A stretch of DNA of 64,000 nt, from contig CAWGMQ010000004.1 of NCBI GenBank assembly GCA_963823665.1, positions 1,728,001-1,792,000 of the forward strand, in the 5' to 3' direction. Shown in pieces: positions 1 through 9,090 of the stretch. Position 1 is the first letter of the stretch. Each line of letters starts with the position of its first letter. The stretch comes from an uncultured Planctomycetota bacterium. Lineage in GTDB: Bacteria; Planctomycetota; Planctomycetia; Isosphaerales; Isosphaeraceae. A program made the translations under genes and the position numbers. Under the pieces are notes generated by a model. That model searched no databases, was not told where the DNA came from, and saw only the letters and a program-made list of their open reading frames with translations.

Positions 1-1667
1 AATGCCGGCACTCGCGGCCCCAATTTCGTCAAGCAGCTCGCAGAGTTGGAGAAACGTGCCGGCGAAATTCCCGTCGCCATCGTGCGCACGACCGACTTCC
101 CGAAAACCGGAAAGGCGACGAATCAGATTGCCGTGATGCTCAAGCGGCACGGGCGAACGGTGGTCGTCGTCGACACCGACTGGCGAAGAATGCTCGCCTT
201 CGGGAGGTTTCGTGCGAGCCACGCGAGCAGGACCGACTTCGCCGCCTGGCAGAACACCGCCCGCCCGCTGGGTGAGCTTGACTCGCTCCGAAAGATTCTC
301 AATTTCAGCGCGCTAGCTGCAATGCCGGCACGCGCGGCCGCTTCTCAACCACCGGCCGCTCCGCCAGTGCGAGTTGTTCCCGTTTCGGCGACCTCGGAGG
401 ATTCGATCACTCCCAGCGCTCCGCGCGGGTCCGATCGTTCTCGGCCGCACGAACAGCGTGACGCCGTCCCCCGTCACCTTCGAGCCGAACGAGTTCGTCC
501 AGCACGCGGCATTCCTAGGTGGGTCGGGCAGCGGCAAGACGACGGCGGCGCTGAACCTGATCGAGCAATTGCTCGCGCGCGACGTTCCGGCCGTGCTGCT
601 CGATCGGAAGGGGGATCTGTGCCGGTACGCCGATCCAAAGGCTTGGGATCGTCCGCTTGGCGACGCGGCATGTACCGGCGCGCGTCAGGCATTACGGAAC
701 AGGCTCGACGTGGCACTCTTCACTCCGGGCGAGCCGGCAGGCAGGCCGCTTGCCCTGCCTATCGTGCCGCCCGGCTTCGCCGATCTTCCCGAAGCCGACC
801 GGGAGCGGTTTGCTCAGTACGCCGCAGGCGCGCTGGGCAGCATGATCGGTTTCAAGTCGTCCGACGCAGACAAGGGACAGCGGGCGATTCTGGCGAAGGC
901 CATCGAGACGATCGCGGCGGTGGCCGGCGCGGCGATCACGTTGCCGGTCTTGAGAGCTGCGATCGAGAATCAGGATGGAGCGCTCTTGAACGCCATCGGC
1001 GGCGGCTACCCTGGCAAGTATTACGCCAACCTCGCCCAGCGCTTGCTGACGCTCGAGCTGAATAACAAGCTACTGCTGAACGCCGATGAGGGGCTGGACG
1101 TGGACGCCCTTCTGGCGCGGGCCGTTACGCTCAGCCAGGCCGCGTGCGGCTGTCGGTGATCAGCACCCGATTCCTCGGCGATGCGGCCAAGGTCGACTTC
1201 TGGGTATCGCAACTGCTTGTGGCGGTCTCGCGCTGGTGCGCAAGTCACCTCAGGCGCGGCTCCAGGCGGTATTCATGTTCGACGAGGCAGACGTGTACCT
1301 GCCCGCGGGCACCAAGCAGCCTGCCACCAAGGCGCCAATGGAGGACTTGCTCAAGCGGGCTCGGTCGGCCGGCGTCGGCGTGTTCCTGGCGACGCAGAGT
1401 CCGGGCGATTTCGACTACAAGTGCAAGGAGAACGTGCGAACCTGGCTGATCGGGCGGGTGAAGGAGCAGCGGGCGATCGACAAGCTGAAGCCGATGCTGG
1501 CCGCGGCCAAGATAAACGTAGCCGACAAGCTCGCCGGGCAGGCGACAGGTGAGTTCTATCTCGTGCGCGAGTCCTGCGTGACGGCAGTGCGGTCCGACGA
1601 GTCATTCATGCGCACCGAGCAACTACCAGAGAACGAGATTGCTTTGCTTGCGCGCCGATTGGCTTGA
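1..1667 (+). CDS. HerA/FtsK-like (DUF87-type) P-loop ATPase, 5'-partial, three apparent frameshifts (~412, ~1120, ~1240)
   Basis: Walker A GGSGSGKT, LLDRKGD, Walker B MFDEAD and LATQSPGD are spread over ORFs 46-1065, 374-1159, 1144-1449 and 1086-1667; frame is open from base 1. Confidence 0.75.
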
Positions 1668-1739
1668 AATCCCGCAGGTACCGAGCGTCCAGCGGTCTTG
1701 GAGCACGCGGCCGCCGGGATGGCGGGGTGCCGAACAGGT

Positions 1740-2156
1740 CTACCGCCAGTTGATTATGGTGAGGGGATAGCCGAGCTGCTGGACTCGTTGGAAATGGGCG
1801 GTGTTGCCGGTGACCAGCTCCAGGCCGTGCTGGAGAGCAATAGCGGCGATCATGGGGTCGGCAACGCCGATCGGGCGGCCGGTGCGTTCAAGCTCCCCGG
1901 CGATACGGCCCGCCAGCTCGGCGGCGGAATGGTCGAAGGGGAGAATTTCCTCGAGGGCGACAGCGGCAAGGAAGGCTTGCAGGCGGCGGGCGGACTGGTT
2001 TTTCTGGAAGCCCCGGACAATCTCCATGACGGTGACGGAGGACAGGGTGAGGATGCCTTGGCTCTGACGGTAGGTGGTGGCGTTCTGGGTGACGGTCGGA
2101 TTTGACGCCTTGAGTACCTCCGAATAGATGTCGGTGTCGAGAAGGGCCTTACTCAA
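1740..2156 (-). CDS. vapC: PIN-domain toxin, VapC family
   Basis: LLDTD N-terminus, VMEI, DPMIAAIA, LVTGNTAHF motifs; TTG start at 2156 overlaps the antitoxin stop. Confidence 0.9.
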   Translation of the reverse strand: MSKALLDTDIYSEVLKASNPTVTQNATTYRQSQGILTLSSVTVMEIVRGFQKNQSARRLQAFLAAVALEEILPFDHSAAELAGRIAGELERTGRPIGVADPMIAAIALQHGLELVTGNTAHFQRVQQLGYPLTIINWR

Positions 2157-2403
2157 CGGAGATGTCCCGCCAGCCGTCTTCAAGGCGGTGCTTCATGGCA
2201 TCGGCAACAACCTCGTCGAGCTCATCGGCGGCGTCGGCCATGGCACCAATGGAACCCAGGCCCTTGTCAGCCGGGCGGGCAGGGGGCTGATGCAGGAAGT
2301 CCCGCACGGCCTGTGCGACCAGGGCGTCGGCCGAAGGAAAAAGGCCGCTATGCACCTGGGCACGGACGGCAAGTTCCAAATCATCTGGTAAGTTGATCGT
2401 CAT
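2149..2403 (-). CDS. Ribbon-helix-helix antitoxin (VapB-like)
   Basis: MTINLPDDLELAVRAQVHSGLFPSADALV RHH-like start; acidic C-terminus; overlaps the vapC start. Confidence 0.75.
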   Translation of the reverse strand: MTINLPDDLELAVRAQVHSGLFPSADALVAQAVRDFLHQPPARPADKGLGSIGAMADAADELDEVVADAMKHRLEDGWRDISVE

Positions 2404-2532
2404 ATTAGCTTGCCTCCGAGATGTCAGCTTAGCATAATCGAGCCGGTTTGCCAATGGGCGGATAGGCTGGTGTCAAACGACAAATCGCCGATTCGTCGCG
2501 TGGGACGATCGACGGCGGGGCTCAGTCGCTGT

Positions 2533-2745
2533 TTATTGGTCTGGAATGCCGGTTAAAGCATCCTCGAGGATTTGGGGGGCGATCTGCATGGGGCTTACCT
2601 TGCGTCCGCTGGTGCTGCTCTGCTCGGCCAGGCGGATAAGCCGTTGTCTGGTGGCGTCGCTCATGGGCACCTTGGGATGCCGTACCCAGTTTGCGTCGGT
2701 TGGCCTGCCTGGGCGGATACCTTGTCCAGGCTCAAGGCCGGCTTG
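2533..2745 (-). pseudogene. 5'-truncated remnant of a small DNA-binding/antitoxin-like protein
   Basis: Open frame ...PGRPTDANWVRHPKVPMSDATRQRLIRLAEQSSTSGRKVSPMQIAPQILEDAL*, not in the ORF track; family recalled, not verified. Confidence 0.4.
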
Positions 2746-2753
2746 AATGGTTC

Positions 2754-3080
2754 TTATCCGGCTGTTATTTCCATGTGCCCCTGCGTCCGGGCACTGGCCT
2801 TGGACAGCTTGATCTGCACGTCATAGCCCAAGCGGGTGATGAAGCGGATCAGCCTGTCGGTCGAAAATCCATCGAAGCGGCCTCTGAGCAATTCGGAAAC
2901 CTTGGGCTGGCGGATGCCGAGCAGTTTGGCAGCTTGGGCCTGGGTAAGACGCCGTCGCTGGACAATCCCCAGAATCTCAGCGGCAAGCTGGGATTTAGCC
3001 ATATATTCGTCGGCGTTTTCAATCCCTAGGTCGGCAAATACATTGCCGCTGCTGTCGTGGACGATGTTGTCAGCGGTCAT
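2754..3080 (-). CDS. XRE-family HTH antitoxin (HTH_37-like)
   Basis: SSGNVFADLG...LTQAQAAKLLGIRQPKVSELLRG...FSTDRL signature. Confidence 0.85.
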   Translation of the reverse strand: MTADNIVHDSSGNVFADLGIENADEYMAKSQLAAEILGIVQRRRLTQAQAAKLLGIRQPKVSELLRGRFDGFSTDRLIRFITRLGYDVQIKLSKASARTQGHMEITAG

Positions 3081-3151
3081 GGTTTTCTGGCCTTCTGCTG
3101 GTTCTTGTGATGCTCGACGGCTGCGCTCAGGCGTTTCTCGATCAAGTCGAG
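3077..3151 (-). pseudogene. C-terminal remnant of a Gp49/RelE-like toxin
   Basis: LDLIEKRLSAAVEHHKNQQKARKP* ends in an ATGA overlap with the XRE gene, typical of Gp49-XRE pairs; 5' part missing. Confidence 0.55.
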
Positions 3152-3417
3152 GCGGCTGTGGGATCACGTGGATCGAATCGCTTCGGGTGATTGCTTAGGC
3201 GTCGGGTATCGAGTGGAGAGGATCCGGAGGCCGAGCGGAATGGGCGGTTCCAAAGACAACCGTTGATATTCAGTATTTCCCCTTTTTCGTTGGTGAGCAC
3301 AATTGATTATAGAGTGTAGAAGTGCAAACATATTAATTGCAACATGTAATGGGGTACCACGCTCCGGTCCTAGGTGAGGGACGGGCTTATGTGGCGATCA
3401 CCGCTCGGCGGGGCCGA

Positions 3418-3467
3418 TAAAACGAAAATGGGGAAGCGTTGGCTGAAAGCCTAAGCTCCCCCATTTT
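3418..3467 (-). terminator. Intrinsic terminator of the putative sRNA
   Basis: AAAATGGGG...CCCCATTTT stem followed by UUUUCGUUUU on the minus strand. Confidence 0.6.
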
Positions 3468-3620
3468 AGTCCGCGTTCAACCAAAATGGCTGACGGCGGA
3501 AAAGAGTGGGTCTTGCGTGTGAGACAACGCAAAACACCTAAAGGTACGCCCCTGGGAAAAGGGCGGCCTTTTTCGTTTGGGATTTGGCGCAGTTGCAACT
3601 ACGGCTTAGTAATCCCTGAC
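3418..3620 (-). ncRNA. Putative ~200-nt structured small RNA (candidate antisense regulator)
   Basis: Five consecutive hairpins (3579-3616, 3547-3565, 3510-3535, 3471-3499, 3425-3467); the first four contain G-U pairs on the minus strand; promoter upstream, terminator downstream. Confidence 0.65.
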
Positions 3621-3626
3621 ACTCAA

Positions 3627-3655
3627 CGTATAGGTCACGTTTTCCACCTTGTCAA
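3627..3655 (-). promoter_or_regulatory. Sigma70-type promoter
   Basis: TTGACA-17 nt-TATACG on the minus strand, directly before the structured region. Confidence 0.65.
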
Positions 3656-3964
3656 ATCTCTCCCCAAAAAACTGTCGATGTAGTCTCATTCAATAACATA
3701 ACATCTTACCGAATAAGGTTTTATTAATAATCACCGCGGTCCTCCTCGTCTCGCTCTTTCACCCGGCGATTTCAAAATTATTAGGTACGCATAACGGCCA
3801 GAAGCACATTGTAGATACACCAGCTACTTGACATTTCGCTCGCATGAGCAAGAGAAATCGCAGTATCGCATGCAATGCGATTGCAAGGCCTGACGAGTGA
3901 GACCGAAGGGCCTGGCAGCGGCATAAAACGGGTTTACCATGAGTACGCCCCTGGGAACCAAGCC

Positions 3965-4321
3965 ATGTCAGAGGTTTCAGACCGCCCTCCGGGGCGAGAC
4001 GTTCGCCTTGCGCGCACCGTAGACCAGCCACCCGGGTTTGGCCGAAATCGCCCGGTGGGCGGCACCCTCATTAGCAAATTAATCAACTTCGTGTTGGCGA
4101 GTTGGACAATCACTTCCCACGGGCATCATTTGCCCCCGCCAGGTGGCGGGTCGGCATCGGTCGAACCCGAGGCCAGCCGAAAGGGAAGAAATACGATTAT
4201 CTGCCTAGGAATCATTCTGGCATTTCTTGCGGCTCTTTTGATAAGTGGCTCCTTACGGCTGGGTGTTACCGTAGAGGTCGGCAATCAGGGTAAGGCCGTG
4301 CCAGGTGTAAACGGAAAGTAA
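3965..4321 (+). CDS. Hypothetical protein with one C-terminal TM helix
   Basis: ATG 3965 after GGGAA; hydrophobic IICLGIILAFLAALLISG; stop 3 nt before the sigma ATG; start uncertain. Confidence 0.5.
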   Translation: MSEVSDRPPGRDVRLARTVDQPPGFGRNRPVGGTLISKLINFVLASWTITSHGHHLPPPGGGSASVEPEASRKGRNTIICLGIILAFLAALLISGSLRLGVTVEVGNQGKAVPGVNGK

Positions 4322-4324
4322 ACG

Positions 4325-5182
4325 ATGACTCTTCGTCGGCTTGATCGCCGTGACGTCGATTTCTCGACTCCTTTGCAGATTTATCTGCACGATATTAATG
4401 ACACGCCATTGCTGTCGGCGCAGGAGGAACGCGCGCTTGCCGAGCGCGTGGCGGTGGGTGATCCCATTGCCCGCGAACACATGGTTAGAGCCAACTTGCG
4501 CCTCGTCGTCAATATCGCACGCGGCTATCTGGGCAAAGGTTTGAACTTGGAGGACCTTATCGAAGAAGGGAATTTGGGGTTGATGCGTGCTGTCGAAGGG
4601 TTCGATGGCATGATGGGGACTCGATTCAGGACCTACGCGATTTACTGGATCAAGCAGTCAATTCGCCGGGCGGTGATGAACACGGGGAAGCCGATCCGCC
4701 TGCCGGCGTACATGGTCAGCCTCCTTTCCAAGTGGCGGCGAGCCACGGGGGTGCTCACCGATCGACTCGGCCGGGCTCCCACGCATGACGAGGTCGGGAA
4801 AGCCCTGCGACTCTCCAAGAAGAAAATGGGAATTGTGGCCAAGGCAATCCGTGTCAACAACCTCACGCCCCACTCGGAAATCCTGGATGAGGACGGTCCC
4901 GCGCTCGACCGCGTCTTGACCGACGATCGCAGCAACAAGGGCCCTGAATCGAAGATGATCGAGGCCGACGACCTCGACCGCATCTTCCTGCACTTGGATG
5001 CCCTCGAGAGTCGTGAAGCCGCGGTCATTCGCATGCGGTTCGGCTTGGACTCTTACGAGCCGATGACCCTGCGCGAGGTCGGCGAGAACTTGGGCCTGAC
5101 TCGTGAAAGAGCTCGGCAGTTGGAGAGCCAAGCGTTGCAAAAGCTCATGAGCGCGCTGGCCGAAACGGGCGGGCGCATCTGA
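4325..5182 (+). CDS. RNA polymerase sigma-70 factor, RpoD/RpoS-like, lacking region 1.1
   Basis: Region 1.2 LQIYLHDI, ANLRLVVNIA, DLIEEGNLGLMRAVEGFD, region 4 TLREVGENLGLTRERARQLE. Confidence 0.95.
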   Translation: MTLRRLDRRDVDFSTPLQIYLHDINDTPLLSAQEERALAERVAVGDPIAREHMVRANLRLVVNIARGYLGKGLNLEDLIEEGNLGLMRAVEGFDGMMGTRFRTYAIYWIKQSIRRAVMNTGKPIRLPAYMVSLLSKWRRATGVLTDRLGRAPTHDEVGKALRLSKKKMGIVAKAIRVNNLTPHSEILDEDGPALDRVLTDDRSNKGPESKMIEADDLDRIFLHLDALESREAAVIRMRFGLDSYEPMTLREVGENLGLTRERARQLESQALQKLMSALAETGGRI

Positions 5183-5301
5183 ACATAGTCCAATATAGGT
5201 TACTTAATGCCTAGATGGACAATCGGCTTGCCTCGATATTCAACGAAAAAGACAAGTAGACAGCGACAGCGAAACAGACCGTTACTGAGGCAGTTGACGC
5301 T

Positions 5302-5802
5302 ATGGCAGACGACGAGTTATCTGAGCTGGCTGATTCGATACGTGATTCCTACGCGCGGCGTAGAGCCAAACATGATCGCCGCCGCCGCATCGACCCTACA
5401 ACCTTTGATAGAGAGTACACTGCCGAAGAGATGGAATTCATGCGGGCGATGCAGGCTTATAAACAAAGCAGCGGGCGCATGTTCCCAACCTGGTCGGAGG
5501 TGTTGAAGGTCTTGCGGAGCCTGGGTTATGAAAAGGTAGATCGTAGAGATGCTGACGGTGAAAGCGTCGTAGAATTTGTGCAGGCGATGCAGGCTTATAA
5601 ACAAAGCAGCGGGCGCATGTTCCCAACTTGGTCGGAGGTGTTGGAAGTCTTGCAAAATCTTGGTTATCAGAGAGCAGGCGGAGAAGCGCATAAGGATACG
5701 CAGTCCGCACGTAGCGCGTTAACGACAGCTACGAGCGAACCACATGCTGCACCGCGCACTGTCAACCGGGGTAATGTGATCGCTGAAGCGATTGGTACCT
5801 GA
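5302..5802 (+). CDS. Planctomycete-type small protein with a tandemly duplicated [24 protein letters not shown] domain
   Basis: [14 protein letters not shown] motif plus two copies of the domain, 46 aa apart. Confidence 0.75.
   Translation: MADDELSELADSIRDSYARRRAKHDRRRRIDPTTFDREYTAEEMEFMRAMQAYKQSSGRMFPTWSEVLKVLRSLGYEKVDRRDADGESVVEFVQAMQAYKQSSGRMFPTWSEVLEVLQNLGYQRAGGEAHKDTQSARSALTTATSEPHAAPRTVNRGNVIAEAIGT
5445..5643 (+). repeat. 61-bp direct repeat within the CDS
   Basis: 5445-5505 vs 5583-5643, one mismatch. Confidence 0.95.
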
Positions 5803-5878
5803 GCACGCAGGCTAGGCTTTTGCAGCGTCGTCACGCACCTTGAGCTTAACCAGTTCAGCTTGTTTAGCTGTGCCCTAA

Positions 5879-5912
5879 ATAATGGGTAATAATCCCCTTT
5901 ATGTAACGCCAA
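5879..5912 (+). other. dif-like tyrosine-recombinase site A (arm X - 6 bp - arm Y)
   Basis: ATGGGTAATAA TCCCCT TTATGTAACGC(CAA); the arms recur at 12231-12244 and 13991-14004. Confidence 0.7.
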
Positions 5913-6172
5913 TCCGGGGCAGGGGTCAAGCGGCGGTCTGGGTTCGGCGAACCTGAAACCGTAGATTTGTGCTCGAGATGTTGTAGATTGATTGTTCCAC
6001 GTCCAAGGAGGGGCAGCGACAATGGCGATGCGAGAAGATGTCTGTGCGTACCGCGGCGATTACAGGCAAGCCGAACAAGAGCACGTAATTCCCCAGAGGT
6101 TCGCACGGGTTTGAACGGACGTACGCCGTCCTGATGATCAGCCAAGTCAAATTGAAGAGGAGTGGAATCGAG

Positions 6173-6377
6173 ATGGCACGCAGCGTTTCGACGCATCTCA
6201 TGTTCGAGGGAGTTGCCGAGGAGGCGATGAAGTTTTATGTCTCGCTCTTTCGACGGTCAGAGATCGTCAAGGTTGAGCGATACGGACCTGGCGAGCATGG
6301 GGCGGAGGGATCCGTCAAGGTCGCGACCTTTACTCTCTGTGGGCGAGAGTTCATGTGCATCGACAGCCCGATCAAGC
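6173..6377 (+). pseudogene. VOC/PhnB-like gene copy 1, 3'-truncated
   Basis: Near-identical to the first 68 codons of 16004-16504; similarity stops at ATCAAGC (6377). Confidence 0.85.
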
Positions 6378-6409
6378 CTCTCATTTCGGGCCACGATGTG
6401 AGAGGGGTG

Positions 6410-7291
6410 TTAACTTGGAATGGATAGCGTCGAAACAAAAGCGAGCAGCTCGGCCCATGCGTGATCGAATTCGATGAACTCGGTCGTAGTCTTCCGAATC
6501 TGCGCATCGTAAGTCGACGACGCCTTCTGTCTCACCTTCTCATCAAAGGCCGACTTCGTCGCGACAATTTCCCGAGCGGCGGACTTCTGCAGAAGGAAAG
6601 ATGAAACCTTGCCGAGGTCAATCAACGCCGAGTGCTTGCGAACCATTGAGGCAATATCGAAAACGTCTTGAGGGCGTGAACGATTCCGGGGAATCTGCTG
6701 AAGGAGAGCCCGAAGCTTTTCCGCGAGAATATCCTCGAGGGTGCAGACCCGAAGTGGAATCGATTCAGGACCGAGCTGCTCATCCCCGGTTTCGCACAGC
6801 ACGTCATTCAGGCTGATTTCGACTTCGACCACTTCAGAGAGCGTCTTTCCGGCTGAAAGCCGCTCGTCGATGTTTTGGAAGTATCTGTCGCCGGGGAGCT
6901 GATAGCAGACCTTGAGGTTGTAGGTTGGCCTGGTCTTATCGACACCAGGCGGATTTCGACGAATGCTCTGACACCGAGCCTTGACCTGATATCGCCGTTC
7001 TTCTGTCTTCAACGCAGTATCCATAAGCCCCTTGATAACTTCTGCACTGTCTGGGAAATCCTCGACGGCGCTGAAATCGAGGTCGAGCGTGCTCCGCATG
7101 TTGCCGTGAATGAAGCGAAGGGCGTTTCCGCCCTTAAACGCGACGCGAGAAACGAACGCAGCCGATGAGGACATCGACACCAGAATCACGAACTGGACGA
7201 AGCGACGCCTCGCTTCCTCCGCGGTCGTGCCATGCAGCTTTCGCCAAGCATCGAGCTCGGCAATTGAGGTTGGATAGCTTCCTGCTTCCAA
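6410..7291 (-). CDS. abiEii: AbiEii/AbiGii nucleotidyltransferase toxin (type IV TA)
   Basis: FKGGNAL...RSTLDLDFS, AEKLRALL, RPQDVFD motifs. Confidence 0.9.
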   Translation of the reverse strand: MEAGSYPTSIAELDAWRKLHGTTAEEARRRFVQFVILVSMSSSAAFVSRVAFKGGNALRFIHGNMRSTLDLDFSAVEDFPDSAEVIKGLMDTALKTEERRYQVKARCQSIRRNPPGVDKTRPTYNLKVCYQLPGDRYFQNIDERLSAGKTLSEVVEVEISLNDVLCETGDEQLGPESIPLRVCTLEDILAEKLRALLQQIPRNRSRPQDVFDIASMVRKHSALIDLGKVSSFLLQKSAAREIVATKSAFDEKVRQKASSTYDAQIRKTTTEFIEFDHAWAELLAFVSTLSIPS

Positions 7292-7298
7292 GCGGCCT

Positions 7299-8198
7299 CT
7301 AATTCTCTTCCAAGATGGCCAAAACGGACTGCGGAACGTTTAGCGAAAGATTCCACTCCGCCGAGAACGTCGTCGCATACGGGTTACGTGCGACCAACTT
7401 TACCGACCCTCCGCGTTGCAGTCCATGCCGCCATTTGGCGAGCAGAGGATGAGTCTTCCCTAACTTTTCAAGGAGAAAGCCCACCCGCTGTCGGAGCACC
7501 TTGTGTCCATAATCGTCTGCGTAGGAGACGAGCTTGGCGACGTCGACGTTTTCGGCTGACCGCCACGCTTGAAGCACCTTCTCAATGCCGCCCGACTTTT
7601 CAGGCATCCGAATCGCGTCAAGTAACGTTCGTTCGACGTCGGTGACATAAATCGGAATGCCGAAACTGTAACCGACGATAACGCCGAAGCCAGGCTCCGA
7701 CGAAAGCTGTGTCCAGATTACCCGGACACCTCGCACCGTCAGGGGACGCTTCGCCGTGAGAAGCGAGCTCGCTTCAGACCAGTCTTCTGGTGTCGTGCCA
7801 AGCGGTAACCGGTCGGCGTTTTCTGCTCGTTCGCTCGCAATCGGGTAGACCTCTGTCGGAACGAGGTCTGTGATGCCGTGGTAAGCCATCGCGGTAAGGA
7901 AGCCGAAGACCGCCCAAGGATTTGCTTCCTGAATGATTTGCTCTTCGGAGACCTCAAGCAAATTCGCGTAGGCTACGTTCACCACATAAACGCCGGAAAC
8001 GCCTTCAACCGACACGACCTCTCCTCGTCGGACGAGCTCCTTGCGGATGGCCTGAGCCTTCTCTTCATCCGGCAGAGGGGAGTTTTCAGCTCTGGCTATC
8101 TGGCGAGCAATTACAAGAATTCGCCAGTCGGAAATGACTCGACGTCGAGTCTCTGCAAGCACTCGGAGGATGTTGGACGCAAATGTCTTAGGGCCCAT
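7299..8198 (-). CDS. abiEi: AbiEi-family antitoxin/transcriptional regulator
   Basis: TAMAYHGITD, VTDVERTLLD, RQRVGFLLE, WNLSLN motifs; directly upstream of abiEii. Confidence 0.85.
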   Translation of the reverse strand: MGPKTFASNILRVLAETRRRVISDWRILVIARQIARAENSPLPDEEKAQAIRKELVRRGEVVSVEGVSGVYVVNVAYANLLEVSEEQIIQEANPWAVFGFLTAMAYHGITDLVPTEVYPIASERAENADRLPLGTTPEDWSEASSLLTAKRPLTVRGVRVIWTQLSSEPGFGVIVGYSFGIPIYVTDVERTLLDAIRMPEKSGGIEKVLQAWRSAENVDVAKLVSYADDYGHKVLRQRVGFLLEKLGKTHPLLAKWRHGLQRGGSVKLVARNPYATTFSAEWNLSLNVPQSVLAILEEN

Positions 8199-8210
8199 AG
8201 AAAGAGTCGA

Positions 8211-8266
8211 GCATCGCGAGTAAGATGTCCTGAGGACATCTTACTCGCGATGCAACTCAAAGTCAA
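8211..8266 (-). promoter_or_regulatory. abiE promoter with a perfect 43-bp palindromic operator
   Basis: TTGACT-17-TAAGAT (8266-8238); GCATCGCGAGTAAGATGTCCT-G-AGGACATCTTACTCGCGATGC (8211-8253) overlaps the -10. Confidence 0.85.
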
Positions 8267-8462
8267 GGATAAAATGAAAATCTTGTCAAGATTAGGAATG
8301 GTTGTAATGATCGCCGAAACCGAAGAAGACCTGGAGCATTTCGCCGCGATGGGCGAATGCGAATTCAGTAATGGCGAGTGGGCTCGGCTGGATGCCAAGA
8401 GGCGGCCCGTGACGGCGATTAATCAGGGCTGCCAGGTCGCATCAGTCAATGCATAATCATTG

Positions 8463-8954
8463 CTAGAGTTGCGGTGGCTGCGTCTCGATCATGAGGTGTT
8501 CCACGGGCCACGTCATACCGTCACGGGGGCCAGCCATGCGGACAAGGCCCACCGTTACTTTCCCCGCACCTTTTTCGCCTTCCCATTGCGAAAAACTTTG
8601 GATCTGGCGACTGATGCCGTCGCCGACAGCCTGCTGGACCAGCCGTAGCAAGGCACTTTTCCAGTTCTCGCCAGATAGGCTCTCACCTGTCGTAAGCACC
8701 TCGCTGCTCGGTTTGCGGATCGTCATCGTGAAAATGGCAGAGTCCTCCGTTAATCGAAGCCTAAGGGATCGGGCGATCTTGTCCGCGGAATCGAGTTTCA
8801 GTCCGCGATCGCCGTCAAGAAATCGTTGCACAATGGTGTGGCTCAGCTCGGCGTCCTTAGCGACCTTATAAGCCGTAAGCCCCCGCTGGCGAATAACTTC
8901 ACGAAGCTGCTCCGAAATTGTCAGAGCGGGGGTAGAGGTCTTTTCGGAAATCAT
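8463..8954 (-). CDS. XRE-like HTH protein
   Basis: ISEQLREVIRQRGLTAYKVAKDAELSHTIVQRFLDGDRGLKLDSADKI. Confidence 0.75.
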   Translation of the reverse strand: MISEKTSTPALTISEQLREVIRQRGLTAYKVAKDAELSHTIVQRFLDGDRGLKLDSADKIARSLRLRLTEDSAIFTMTIRKPSSEVLTTGESLSGENWKSALLRLVQQAVGDGISRQIQSFSQWEGEKGAGKVTVGLVRMAGPRDGMTWPVEHLMIETQPPQL

Positions 8955-8997
8955 AAATACCTCAATTTGTCGTGATTCTCGCCATTACCACACAGTT

Positions 8998-9025
8998 ATT
9001 ATACGCCAATTGTTCTACGAGTCAA
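8998..9025 (-). promoter_or_regulatory. Sigma70 promoter of the HTH gene
   Basis: TTGACT-16 nt-TATAAT. Confidence 0.65.
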
Positions 9026-9090
9026 ATGGCACATGTGACAATTGACGCCGCTTTCGCGGGCAATCCAGGATAACGGGTGAAATGCAGAGG

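Noticed and set aside
1018..1031. TATTACGCCAAC similar to arm Y
   Set aside because: Lies inside ATPase coding sequence (KYYAN) with no partner arm.
3691..3730. AACATAA / ATAA..TTAT dif-like words
   Set aside because: Spacers are 4 bp rather than 6 bp; AT-rich promoter context.
3784..3811. GGTACGCATAA, 10/11 to the E. coli XerC arm
   Set aside because: No XerD-like arm 6 bp downstream; a lone half-site may be chance in AT-rich DNA.
3886..3913. CTGACGA...CGAA resembling a hammerhead ribozyme core
   Set aside because: GAAG instead of GAAA, no proper stem II, and the flanks pair directly instead of forming a three-way junction; better explained as the antisense target hairpin.
5183..5210. TAGTCCAA-TATAGG-TTAC, similar to the IS91-element end
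   Set aside because: Only 8 bp match and no associated hairpin or gene remnant; cannot be distinguished from chance.
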